From Negaprion brevirostris (Eukaryota), in assembly GCA_030324005.1 (NCBI GenBank), contig JARDVH010000133.1:33923430-33987429 (forward strand): 64,000 nt of DNA. Reading direction: 5' to 3'. Below the pieces are notes generated by a model that was given only the letters and a program-made list of their open reading frames with translations, was not told the origin of the DNA and made no database searches. How positions within the stretch are numbered: position 1 is the stretch's first letter; each line of letters starts with the position of its first letter. This document shows positions 39,701 to 51,700 of this stretch, in pieces. Both the position numbers and the translations under genes were made by a program.

Positions 39701-42700
39701 CTCCATAAGGAGCATGAGAAATGATGCAGGTTAAAGTCACGGTCGCCTCCAGTAAGACCTGTTCTATTGGTGGTGGCTGTATCTTCACTGTGGATTCATG
39801 GCATTGGAGAGGATCTGTGAATGAAAAATGAAAATCAACCCGAGTTCCCCTTCAGAAGCAGGGCAACAGTCTTCAGCCTGAAGGAGACGAAGTTGCCTTC
39901 GAGGTATCAATCTCCAACTATCACCTTTCAATTTCTATAGGCGATGGCAAACCAGCTTGTTCTATGAATTTATTCCTTTATTAAAGTATTGTAGCTCCTG
40001 TATCATTCTCATGAATCAGCATTACAGCTGATACCATCCTGATCTCAGGAACAAAGTATTGGCCATGGCTTTATAAGGTTGAGATACATTTTCCAATATT
40101 TTACCCCTGTGCTGTGACCTGTGAAACAGTCCGATACCGACTGTCTCTCCAAGTCTTACTGGCTGTCTCAAGAAAAAAGGTGACATCAAGGCCACCTCAT
40201 TCTTTTCAAAACAGAAAGGAATATTATTTCAAAAGGAGACAGTGGCATGGTGCATTGTCAGTGGAGTTGTAACCTAGGGCAAAGCTCTGGGGAAATAGAT
40301 TCGGATCTCACCACTGCAGATGGTGAAATGGGAATTTAATAAAAATCTGTGATTAAAAGTCAAATGATCATCAAGAAGCCATTGTTGTCAAAGCCCACCT
40401 GGTTCACGAATATTCTTTGGAAAAATAAACCTGCTGTCTTTATCTGGCCTGGCATGCATGTGACTCCAGATTCACAGCAACGTGGTTCACACTTAAGTGC
40501 CCTCAGGGATGGAATATAAATGCACATCTCAGGATAGAATAACAAAAATTGCTGTTGTGATGAAATTCTGAGTAGCGCTGTCTGAATGCAGCAAACTACA
40601 TGACAATAACTTAGATGCTTTGTACTAACTTTAATAGATCCCCAATTCAAATTAACATCAGAATTGTATATTTTATGCACGATTTGAGTCTCTTACCCCG
40701 AGATGCGCTGATGTTCTGACTCTGAGTGAATTCTTGATGAGTGACCTGGCAGGTATAGACCGCTTTGCTGAACCATTCCCCAGCGGAGACTGCCAGCCGG
40801 CTGCTGGCTGAGAAGTTCCCGTTCACTTGACAGGCGGGAGAGGTGACAATTCCTGAATCCACGGGTTCCCCATTCTTCAGCCACTTCACCGTCAGTGACT
40901 GTGGCTGGAAATCGATTATTGAACAGACGATGGTTGCAAATTTGCTGCTTGAGATTTCTTCACTCGAACTCACAGTGAGGATAACAGTTGGATGGAAAAC
41001 ATTAGGACCTTCAGAAAAAAAAACATATTCGTCATTTCCTGCAGAAGATGTGGGTCAATTAAACTTTTGTCTACATTAGCAACTCATTTGCAGTCAATAG
41101 ACACTAGCCTGAACAATCCAGGGGCCTAGATTATGCACATCTATTTAACTGAGTTATAACCAAGGCCCTACATGTGAACCACAGTGTTTCTGTTTTACAC
41201 AAGTTCCACAACACTTACATGGCATTTCAATGCTCTTGAGTGAGCTGCTGTGTTGAATCTCACAGTCAATTCTGGGACATTCTCCCGCTGAGTCGCTGAT
41301 GGTTAACTGGCTGCTCAGGGTGTAGGTGCCCTTCGTGTTTCGCACTGACGGGTACGTCTTAAACCCAGTGGTGAACGGCTGCCCATTTTTCTTCCATGTC
41401 ACTTTGGAGACATCTGGAGAGTAATCCATCGCCAAACAGCCGTAAGTGATGAAGCTGTCGGGGTTCTGTTGCTGACAGGAGGAGACCAGGCCGTAGAGAG
41501 AGGGCGGAGATGGTGTCACTGGGAAAGAATAGCCAATTGAACAAGTTAGACTCTTAATTGCATTTATTAAGTCATCAAACATATTGTTACAAATAGGTTT
41601 CTATATCAGATATAGCTTTTGGTGTTGAAGGGAAAAGGGAATATGGGTAATAGGTATGATCAGGATATTGATGAGCTCTGACCAAAGTGAATGGCGGAGT
41701 AGGCTCAATGGGCCGAATGGTCTACTCCAGCTTCCATTTTCTTTGTTCCTATCTCGAACAATGATTAAAAATATGGACTTTCCTAACACTTCCTGATAAA
41801 AACATACATCAACCTTTGAGATTATGTTACTTTTATCATTTGGGAATTGTCATCTCTGTAGAAGCTCATATACCTGTCTCCACTTCTATCAAATTAGGAA
41901 GGTAAAAAACATCCTGGTTTCCTCAAATTGCCATGTCATTCATTGGATTAACAGAGAAGAGCAAAGATTTTCTCCATTATTGATGAAACTACTTATTTCT
42001 CAATCAACAACACTTTGTGATGAAGAAGTTCTCCCTTCATTCAGACTATCCACTCACCTGATGAGGGAGCTCCAACAGCTTGTGATTCCAAATAAACCTG
42101 TTGGACTTTAACCTGGTGTTGTGAGAATCCTTACTGTGCCCACACCAACCTCACTCCGCCATCTCCACACTAGTTTTGGAAATTGCCTGTGTTCAAACTG
42201 ATTGATGTCCCTTCCTCTCTCCAACTCACTGCCTCTCACTCCACAAAACGGAGATTAGTGACTTTGCTTCAAAAATACGTTCGGAATGAATACTTACTGA
42301 ATGATCAGGAAACTCTAAGTGTAATAAATTCAAATAAATGCAACATTGACTCATTGAAGGATCATACATTAATAGTGAGAGTTTCCCATTCGGGCCCTGA
42401 AGTATCCTCCATCTTTTACTGAGATTACAGATGAGCTGATTGTGGTGCTAGCTCTATCCTGAACCTCCTCATTCCGCCATCCATCACCCGCTCTCTGCCC
42501 ATTTCCCCCAGCTCTTTGCCCTTTCCCCTGGCTCTCTGTCTTTCGTGGTGGTTCTTTTCCCCTTTCATCCCACTCTCTGTATTTCCACCCGGCTCTCTAT
42601 ACTTTGCACCAACTGCATGCCCTCTTCTCCAGCTCTCGGCCATTTCCCTCACCCGCACCCTACGCTTTCCCCCAGCTCTCTGCCCTCTGTCCCTGCTCCC

Positions 42701-45700
42701 TACCCTCTTTCAGCTTTCTACCATCTCTCTGCCCTTTCCCCCAGACTCTCTTGCCCTTTCCAGTGGGTTCTCTGGCTTTTTCTCACGGCTCCATGCCCTT
42801 TCCCTCAGCTCTCTGCCCTTTCTCCTGCCTCCCTGCTCTCACTGCTGGCTCTCTCCCCTTTCCCTGTTCTCTCTGCCCTTTCGCATGGCTCTCTGCCCTT
42901 CCTCCTGGCTCTCTCCCCTTTCACTAGCCTTTCTGCCCTTACCCCTTGTTCCCTGCCCTTTCTCCTGTCTCTCTGCCCTTTCCCTCGTTTTTATGACCTG
43001 TTCCCCTGCTTTGTGCCCTTTCTCCCGGCTCTCTGCCCTGTTCCCCGGCACTGTGTCCTTTCCCCCGGCTCTCTGCCCTCCATCCTCCCGGGTCTCTGCT
43101 CTTTCCCACGTCTCCTGTTCTCCTCTGGCCCTTTGCCATTGTCCCTGTCCCCCAGCCCCCAGCGATTCCCTCCAGCTCTCTGCACTCCCAGGGCAGCTCC
43201 CACATTTGAACACCAAACTGCCGCTTGAGATCTTTCTTCTGTCTCGTTGCAGACCTCCCCACACAGGTTCAGTGAGTGAGAGAATGTGAGTGCGTGAGGG
43301 AGAGTGATTGAATGAGTGAGAGTGGATGAGTGATGGTGTGTGAGTGCAGAAGGTGAGTAAGTGAAGGTGAGTGAGTGAGGTTCTTTGAGTGAGGATGAGT
43401 GATTGAGGGTGGGCAAGTGTGGGTGAGGATGAGAGACCGTGAGTACATGAGGGTGTGTGAGAGAGGGTGGGTCAGTGAAGCTGGCTGAATGTGTGGAGTG
43501 AAGGTTGGTGAGTGAGAGTCGGTGAGCGAGAATGAATGAATGTGTTAGTGAGTGAGGATGTATGAAGGTTAGTGGAGGTGGGTGAGTGAGCATGAGTGAA
43601 TGAGGGTGAGGGAGTGAATGTGACTGAGTAAGTGAAGGGGAGAGTGAGTGAGAGAGAGAGTCAGGGTGTGTTATTGAGGGTGGTGTGTGAAAGTGTGTGA
43701 TCGAGAATGAATGCGGATGGGTGGGTGAGTGAGTGAAGGTGTTTGAGTGAGGATGAGTGATTGAGGATCTGTGAGTTAGGGGGCGTGAAGTTGAGTGATA
43801 ACGATTATGTGAGGGTGTGTGAGTGAATGTAGATGCATGAGTGAGTGAGTTTGAATGGGTGAGGTGGCGTAAGTGAGAGAGAGAGAGAGCGGTCATTGAG
43901 CTTGTGTGTGTGGTGCTGAATCTGGGTGGGTGAGGGTGGTTAGGTAGGAGAGTGAGAGTGAGTGTGAGTGAGTGAGACTGGATAAGTCAGCATAGGTAAG
44001 TGCGGTGAGTGAGTGAGTTTGGATGAGTGAGGGTGGGTAAGTGGAGTCAGTGAGTGAGAGTGAGTGAATAGCGTGAGTGAGACTGGGTGAATGAGTGTGG
44101 ATTAGTGGGATGAGTGAATGAATGTTGGTGAGTGACTGAGGCTCTGTGTGAGTGAGGTTTAGTGAGTGAGGTTGAGTGAGTGATGATATGTGAATGTGGG
44201 TGGCTGAGGGACAGTGACTGGATGAGGGTGAGTGATTGAGAGTGTGTGAGGGTGAGTGAGTGTAAATGAGTGAATGTGGGGGAGTGAGTGGGGGTGTAAG
44301 AGTGAGTGAATGGGGGTAAGTGAGCGAATGTGAGTAAGTGAGGGTGTGAGGATGAGTGAGTCATGGTGTGAGAGTGAGCTTGAACGAATGAGGTTGAATG
44401 AGTGTGTGTGAATGTGTGTGGGTGAGTGAGTGAGGATAGATGAGAGTGATTGAGTCAATGTGTGAGTGATTGTGAGTGAGTGAGAGGGTGAGGGCGAGTG
44501 TCTCAGGGTGAATGAACGCCATTGAGATTCTGAGGGTGAGTTTGTGAGTTTGAGTGAGTGAGGGAGAGTGAGTGAGGGAGAGTGAGTGAGAGTGCCTCAG
44601 CGAGGAAAGGTAGATAAGATAGGGAGAATGAGTGAAGTTATTTGAGTGAGGATGAGAGATTGAGGGTGAGTGAGTCAGTGTGGGTGAGGGTGAGAGAGTC
44701 AGTGANNNNNNNNNNNNNNNNNNNNNNNNNNNNNNNNNNNNNNNNNNNNNNNNNNNNNNNNNNNNNNNNNNNNNNNNNNNNNNNNNNNNNNNNNNNNNNN
44801 NNNNNCCAACCTATGCTTCCTAATTCTCTCCTAATAGCCTCATAATTACCCTTCCCCCAGCTAAAACTACTGACCCGAGGTTTTAATTTGGAATTACATT
44901 ACTCACATTAAAGTCTATTTGATTTAAAGCTTCCAAGTGTTGTCATAATGATGTTACTATTTCCCGCATTTCACCATTTCATTGTTTTCTTCCTGTAGCA
45001 ATTGAGGATTTTGGTTGCATTTCTGCATCAAAGTTTAAAATAACAAGTTCATTTGTAAGTCGAGGGCAGAGCACAATAATGAGGTCTTATGTTGTCTTCT
45101 GTGTACCTGATTACAAAATTGCCTGTATAATACTGTGCAGTCTGCATACTTTTGTTTCTTGCAACTGCTTATTCATTCATTTTTATTAAGAAAATACCCT
45201 CTTATTCGCAGGTGAACGATTGGTGGTTGTGGAGGCTCAGTGTGAGAGACTACGGATGTTATACCGTGACTGTGCTCGTCCCCCTCCTCCCCCACTGCAA
45301 TCTGACAGGAGACAGGTAATAGTACTGCAAGGTACATGTAATGAAGCCACATTATTACCCACTGTATTGCTCCACTTCACTGAGATGCTGACATTATTCC
45401 ACTGAGTATTCTTTTCAACATCGATTACTTTATTAGCTTCTCCACTTGAGATTACCTAATTCTATGATTGGTTAGTTAGTTAGCTAGCTGGCAACATAAC
45501 CTGTGGAAGATGAACCAGTCAACCAACTCTTTATACTCTTTGGAATCTGTTGCTCCATAACAATCAATATAATAAGGTTTAAGAGTAGATGCACATAATT
45601 GAAACTCCAATACTAGAAGGGATTTCACTGACTCTCAAAGTTTGGCAAGTAAAAGCTCATGCAGACTTAATGGACCAAATGATAGCCTCCTGCACCATAA

Positions 45701-48700
45701 CAATTCTGTGATTCTATTTCGTAATACTGTTGACTTTGTCCCAGTTTTCCACATATTACATTTTACATGCAACTCTAGTAGTTCAGCACCTGGACAGCAA
45801 CTTTTTATATCAGAATAAATGCATTACACCATGTTAAGGTAGGATTGGTTTATAACTTCCTGTCTGCACCGCATCGCATTTAATAATGTGTTGGGGGATC
45901 TCCCTGGAAAATTACCAGACGAGAGTTTACCGAGCAATTGTCCAGAAGGGCTGACTTCCCTTGGTAACCTCAAAGTCACAATTTTAAAGACCCCAGACAA
46001 AGCCCCGCATGGACCTGCAGGGGACCACACCCTCCATCCTGACACCAGACCCACCCAATGTGATGTCTGAAGTTGGTCCCCCACATCCTGTTCACATTAT
46101 TGCTGTAAAAAGGGGGGGCATGTCCTTCACTGCACTCCATTTACACTTTGCTGCTGGAGATTTGAAATTCCAGTGAAGTTAAGTCGCTACAGAGTGGCAG
46201 TCGTGCACTCTCAGGAAGTTACTGGCCATTGGAACTTCAGGAATCGTCATGTCTTAATTGTGTAGTCGTTGCAGTTTCATTGCAGCTGTCTGGTCAAAGT
46301 TCTAACATTTATCTTTCCCTTATTTGTACTTCAGTTAGAACAAATTCCATGTCCCGTATTACATTATTATATATTTTTGATATTTAGAAAAAAAAAATCT
46401 TTTTTTGCTTACACCTGTGCATTGCTGTACATGTTTGTACCGCAATAAAGACCGTGGAACTGCACCACTTCTGGCCATTTGACCGTGCTGCCTTATCGAC
46501 AATAGCAAGCAAGCGCACAAGGGTGGCCATTGGTTATTTGCTCAGTGATTTTTTTTTTTTTCCTTCTTTCGGGTGGATCCTAGTGGTTTGAGAACTGAAT
46601 CAATGTAATTCAGTAAAGAAAATATAAGGAAATAATTTGGAGGTGAATTTTTGCCAATTTTCTCCCCTTCTGAAGATACTGATTCTTATTGGGAAACTGG
46701 TTATTTATCCAGTGCCTCACCCAAGTTCCCTTAATGTGTAAGCTCAACCAGTGAGCGTAAAAAGACTGCACGAGCCCGATTCTGTTCTTGTTGGACATTG
46801 AGCCACATACTTTCCAAAAGGGTCACTGAGTAATGATTGGGAAAAGGCTTTTTGCTCTTTTTTTTGATTTTATCTCCCTCCCAAGCCAAGGAACTACAAA
46901 TCAATTGATGTTTTTATAGAAATCAGCTAGCTCACTAGATATATAAAATTGAAACTACTTCTCGCCTGTGTCACTGTGTATAATCCCAAATGATGCTTTC
47001 ACTCGCAAGGGTATTGGGGGACCTTAGCCTGATCATAAATATACTTTGTTCAGCCTGTTGGCAGATGTTCACTTTGCTTGATTAGGTGCCGTTTAGTGTG
47101 TCAGGTTAAAGGAACATTATCATTTTTGTTTTTTGAAAGTGGGTCATTTTGAAGTAGATTTGAAATTGAAAGTGTTACTTCCCCTTTCTTCATTCTTCCA
47201 GCCAAAAGAAATTACTTGGTGCCCCTCTCGGGTTTTCCCTCCTGTGCGAGCCTGCATGTTTTCTTCCCACCTTACTGCTGTGACATTCCTAGCTGATCCA
47301 AGCGCAGGCGGGGGCTTGCCTCGTGGGACATTCATCTATGCCACATCACAGATACCTGTACAGGTAAGAGTTTGGCAGCAAATGAATAAGGGAGACACTG
47401 AAATCATATGAATACTATTACAATAACTTCAACGCCACTTGCATTGAATCAGCAATCTAGCAAGAAGTCATGTTGCCTGAGTGCTTGGATGAGAGAGAAG
47501 AAAATTAATCAGATTGTTGAAAGCTATTGAAGCAATCAGAGCAAGTGACTTTGAATCGGCAGCCTGAGAAAAGAGAAAAAATTGAATGGAAACAAATGCC
47601 AAGTGCTGTATGTTTATTGCAGGCCAGCCAATATCTAAAAGAGAAATGGTTTAATATATTGGGTGGGATCTTTGTCAGAATTTAACCTTTTTTGTGATGA
47701 TGAGTCCCTATGAATCCATTCCCAATGTTTTGAAAACCTTGTTGTCAATCATTGTCAGATGGAAGCAAACTCTTTGTGCCACCTATACACTGAACTAATT
47801 AGGCACTTAGCTATTTTTGTCGTCTTATTCTTCCAGTGGTTAATATAATGACATCGGTAAGGATGACTGAAAACTATTTAAAGCAGTTACTCCCATGGAA
47901 TTTGGGATCTAAGGGAAAGTAGTGCTGTTTCCATCAATAAAATACTATTTTATATTTGTCCTTCAGACATCAGGCCCCTTTATTAGTACGTACATGGATA
48001 ATTAAACTGTATCAGCTATCATTAGGACACTATATACAATTTTAAAATACTTAAAACTACGTTATAATTAATAGTGAAATGCTTTAGTTTTATGTGCAGC
48101 AGTTTCAAGTACTTATTCATATTACCAGCTTTTAACAAATAAAATTAAAACAGTATGTATTTATTCCTATTTAATTATGAAATGCATATACTTAGTCAGA
48201 TATTTACAGTTAATGTTGTTTGTGTTCTTCTAAGGCACCATCATTTTATTGGGAGTTAGAGATTGTTTCCTATGGCGACACAGATGATGACAGTGGCCCA
48301 ATAGTGTCATTTGGATTTGCTACAGAAGCTGAAAAAAGGGATGGAGCTTGGACAAATCCTGTTGGAACCTGCCTCTTCCACAAGTATGTGTTCAGAATTT
48401 TCTGTTGTGCGAAGAGAGCGTGGTTTAACTGCAGTTTAGTTTTACTTGTCATCCCATAAGGAGATGCATTATCTTTCTTTGTCACAAAGATCAATAGCGT
48501 TCTGCCACATTTTCTTTCATATTAGGCTAAAACAGGAGTTGACTTGTAGCTTGATATTATTCAACAAACCCCTCAGGCTAACTACTGAAAAGAATACAAA
48601 ACGATGGTGGTTCAGCAATGCATGGGGAAAAAAAATTAACCTAGCTTCATCTTGATACTTTCCCTCAATATTGTGGCTGATGTCCTGAATTTTGTCATGT

Positions 48701-51700
48701 GAAGAAAATTGTGGTTGCAACTGCTTTTTTCCTATAGGTTGAGTCCATGCATTAGCACATAATTGTGCTACACTCCTAATTTGCACTTCAGAACAATGCT
48801 TGTAGAACAGAGAAGTTGCATTTTTTTTGTTTATTTCTTTTTCTCTCTGCAGTAATGGGAGAGCTGTGCATTACAATGGATCCAGTCTGCTGCAGTGGAA
48901 GAGCGTTCGGTTAGATGTCACCTTGTCACCTGGTAAATGGCAGTTGTTTCATGCACATTGTTTTGTTTTAATTGGGATATATTTCAAAGTGGTCAAAATT
49001 TCAGAATTGCTTTTATTGAGTTTTGTCATGTCACTCAAATTTATTGACTTTCCCCTCTGCTTTGTATTAGTATGTTTGCAAATTGTTCAGTTCAGCTCCT
49101 CCCTTGTAAAACTTTATAACAAGTGTTTTCAGAACCAAGTGGATGCTTCATTGTATGAACGAATCTTGGTTTGTAAATGTTAACAAGTCAACTGAATTTT
49201 GTTTTTATTATGACAGCAACCCACTTCAAGTTACAGCCTTGTTTTCCTGACAGTCTTAAACCTTTCATGACCTTTGCTGATTTGTGTGATGATCTGAATC
49301 CTTAATTCTGTTGTCCAGCTGGGTGGGACTTGCTTCACCTGGTTCCGTTCCTAGCTATCTATTCATAGTCAGCAAATCACTTCTACTGACTTTTCATCCT
49401 GCTCCTGCATTGCTACCTTTGGCGTTACTCAAGAATCTATTATTAGCCTCCTCCTATTTCTCATCCACATACTTCCTTAGCAACATCGCCTGAGGCAACA
49501 TTAAGTTCCACATATGAATAGACAACATACCTGACCACCCTTGACCCTTCTCTTTCCGCTGATGAAGTTAGACATTGGATGAACAGAAAATTCTTCCAGT
49601 TCTATGTTGCGAAGACTAAAGCAATTATCTTCCAACCCCATTACAAATCCTGTACCCTAGTCACTCCAGCCATCTCGCTCTGAGTCAGAAATTGACTTTG
49701 CAACCATAGCATCCTACTTTACACTGAGATTGCATATCCTCCCCATCATAATGACTGTTTATTTTTACCATTATAAGGTTATTACTGTGCTGCTGCTTCA
49801 ACCTAACTGCTGAAATCCTCATCAATGCCACTGTTACTTCTGCACTTGACTATTCTAATGCTCTCCTGTCCGGTTGCCTACTTTGCACAAGCTAAGAACT
49901 AACTCATCTCTGCCATACCTATTGTAGCACACACTAAGTCCTATTCATTCCCCATCCATGTGCTTATTGGGCTGGATTAGCCCTCCGTCTGGAAATTCCT
50001 GTCTTTAAAATCTCTTCCTTGTTTTCAAATGTGACCATAGTCCAACCCTACCTACCACTCAACCATTTGTTAGACAATCCACAGAGATCTTGGCAGTTCT
50101 TCAATTCTGGCCTTTTGCCAGCCTTGATTTTCATTGTTGATTGTGCCTTTAACTGTTGAGGTCCCAAGCTCTGAAATTCCCTCCTGAAATCTGTCCACCT
50201 CCCTAAGTCTCACTCCTCCTGAAAGCCTAACCTGCTACCAATTTTTAGATTAGCTGTCCAAGCATCTCCTTATGTGGGTTATGTTAAATTTTGGTTGATA
50301 ATTGGTCCTGTCCAGTACTTTGGAACTTTGTTAAAGGTGTTGTCTAAGTGCTTGTTGTTCCATCACCTAAGCATATACTTAAATCACGTATATCACCCTG
50401 AAATTTGTTTAACCAGTAAATTGTTAAATCACAACTTTCATAGTGGAACCAAAAAAAGCGAGAAATTGCTTGTCTCAAAATATGTCTATATTGTACTTCT
50501 ATTCACTTTTCTTAGACTCGTTTATGTCCACCTGAAAGTTAAGTTGCATTCCTTTCCAGCATACTTTAACAAAAAACTGTATTCATGTTGATGTCAACAT
50601 GATCTCTGGCCTTTTTAAGTCAGTGTGACTTTTTAAAGCTCCTAATAGCATCAAAGGTTTGTCATAAACTGTTTACATTGCCAGCCAACATGAACCTTGA
50701 TCCCTAAATGTGAAGCTCAGTGCCCAACCAGGAGCAGCTGGCTCTTTCATCCTCTGATCTGCAGTCTGACTCCTGCGAAAGGATTTTATCCCTTCAAAAA
50801 TCAATTAGCTAAAAAAAATTAAGTTATCAAACTTTTAATTATGAAAGCCTTGTTAGGTTTTCAAAATAATTACATTTCTTGCCTTCCAGTGTGAGCTGCT
50901 TATGTTAATAAACTACTTGTTTTGACAAAATTGAATGATCCCTGAACTGATCTAAATTGGTTGGACTATAATCAATTTTGAATAAGGTGGGATTTTGTAG
51001 ATTAAGTAGAGAAAATATATTTCTAAAAATATTCTTTCTCAGACTATATTGAATAATCCTATATTCCTGTTATAATTTTTAGTCACTTAAATCACATAGT
51101 TAACAAGCGGTTAAAAATGGTCCTGCTAGAATGAATATAATGAAGGGAGGGTTTACACCTATGCTTCAGCCTCATCTACCACCAAGGAGATATATGCCCA
51201 GTTTTAAACTGAGTTTCCACACCTCGTGCCACATGTTCATCCTCGGAGACAGTTTTCTTAAAGCATTCAGAACAGCTAATTAAATTTCTTTTTTTATTTT
51301 AAAGAAAGATTGTACAATATCAACAGTAAGTATTGTTTTTCCCCTTTTTTAAACCTTCATTTTCGAAGGTATTGTTTTATTTTTGTATGGTGATCTTCAA
51401 GGTCTTTGCTACCCACACCCAAGTGACCATTCTTATTTTTGGAGACCATATAGTGTCAGAGTTGCCAGGCAGTTCAACAATTTAGGACATCAAAGACTAA
51501 TGTAACGATTTTCCCAGCTAATGTGAACATATGAACACGTTCCAAAGACTTGGAGGTTTGCTGTTCCTCGCAATAGTTAACTATTCCTATAGCAAGGCAG
51601 CAAAACAGCCATGATTTACACTCCCAATAATTTGAACAACTGGGAGTGTAAATCATGGAGTGTAAACCAGGAACAGCAAACGTCCAAGTCTTTGCAGTGG

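Noticed and set aside
41050-42400. Octamer-like motifs (ATTTGCAG, AATTGCAT, ATGCAACA) near the Cmu exons as an Ig enhancer
   Set aside because: None is a perfect ATGCAAAT and there is no clustering beyond chance in AT-rich DNA.
43049-43055. CACTGTG RSS-like heptamer
   Set aside because: No nonamer at 12 or 22/23 bp spacing; the flanks are minisatellite.
43130-43165. Minus-strand WGTGTM peptide resembling a JH WGxG motif upstream of Cmu1
   Set aside because: It lies within the purine-rich minisatellite. There is no upstream RSS heptamer/nonamer, no VTV ending and no splice donor, so it is a compositional coincidence.
42425-44458. Long ORFs (257, 227, 301 aa etc.) rich in Pro/Leu/Ser or Thr/His/Ser
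   Set aside because: They are translations of low-complexity repeats that lack stop codons, with no domain signature.
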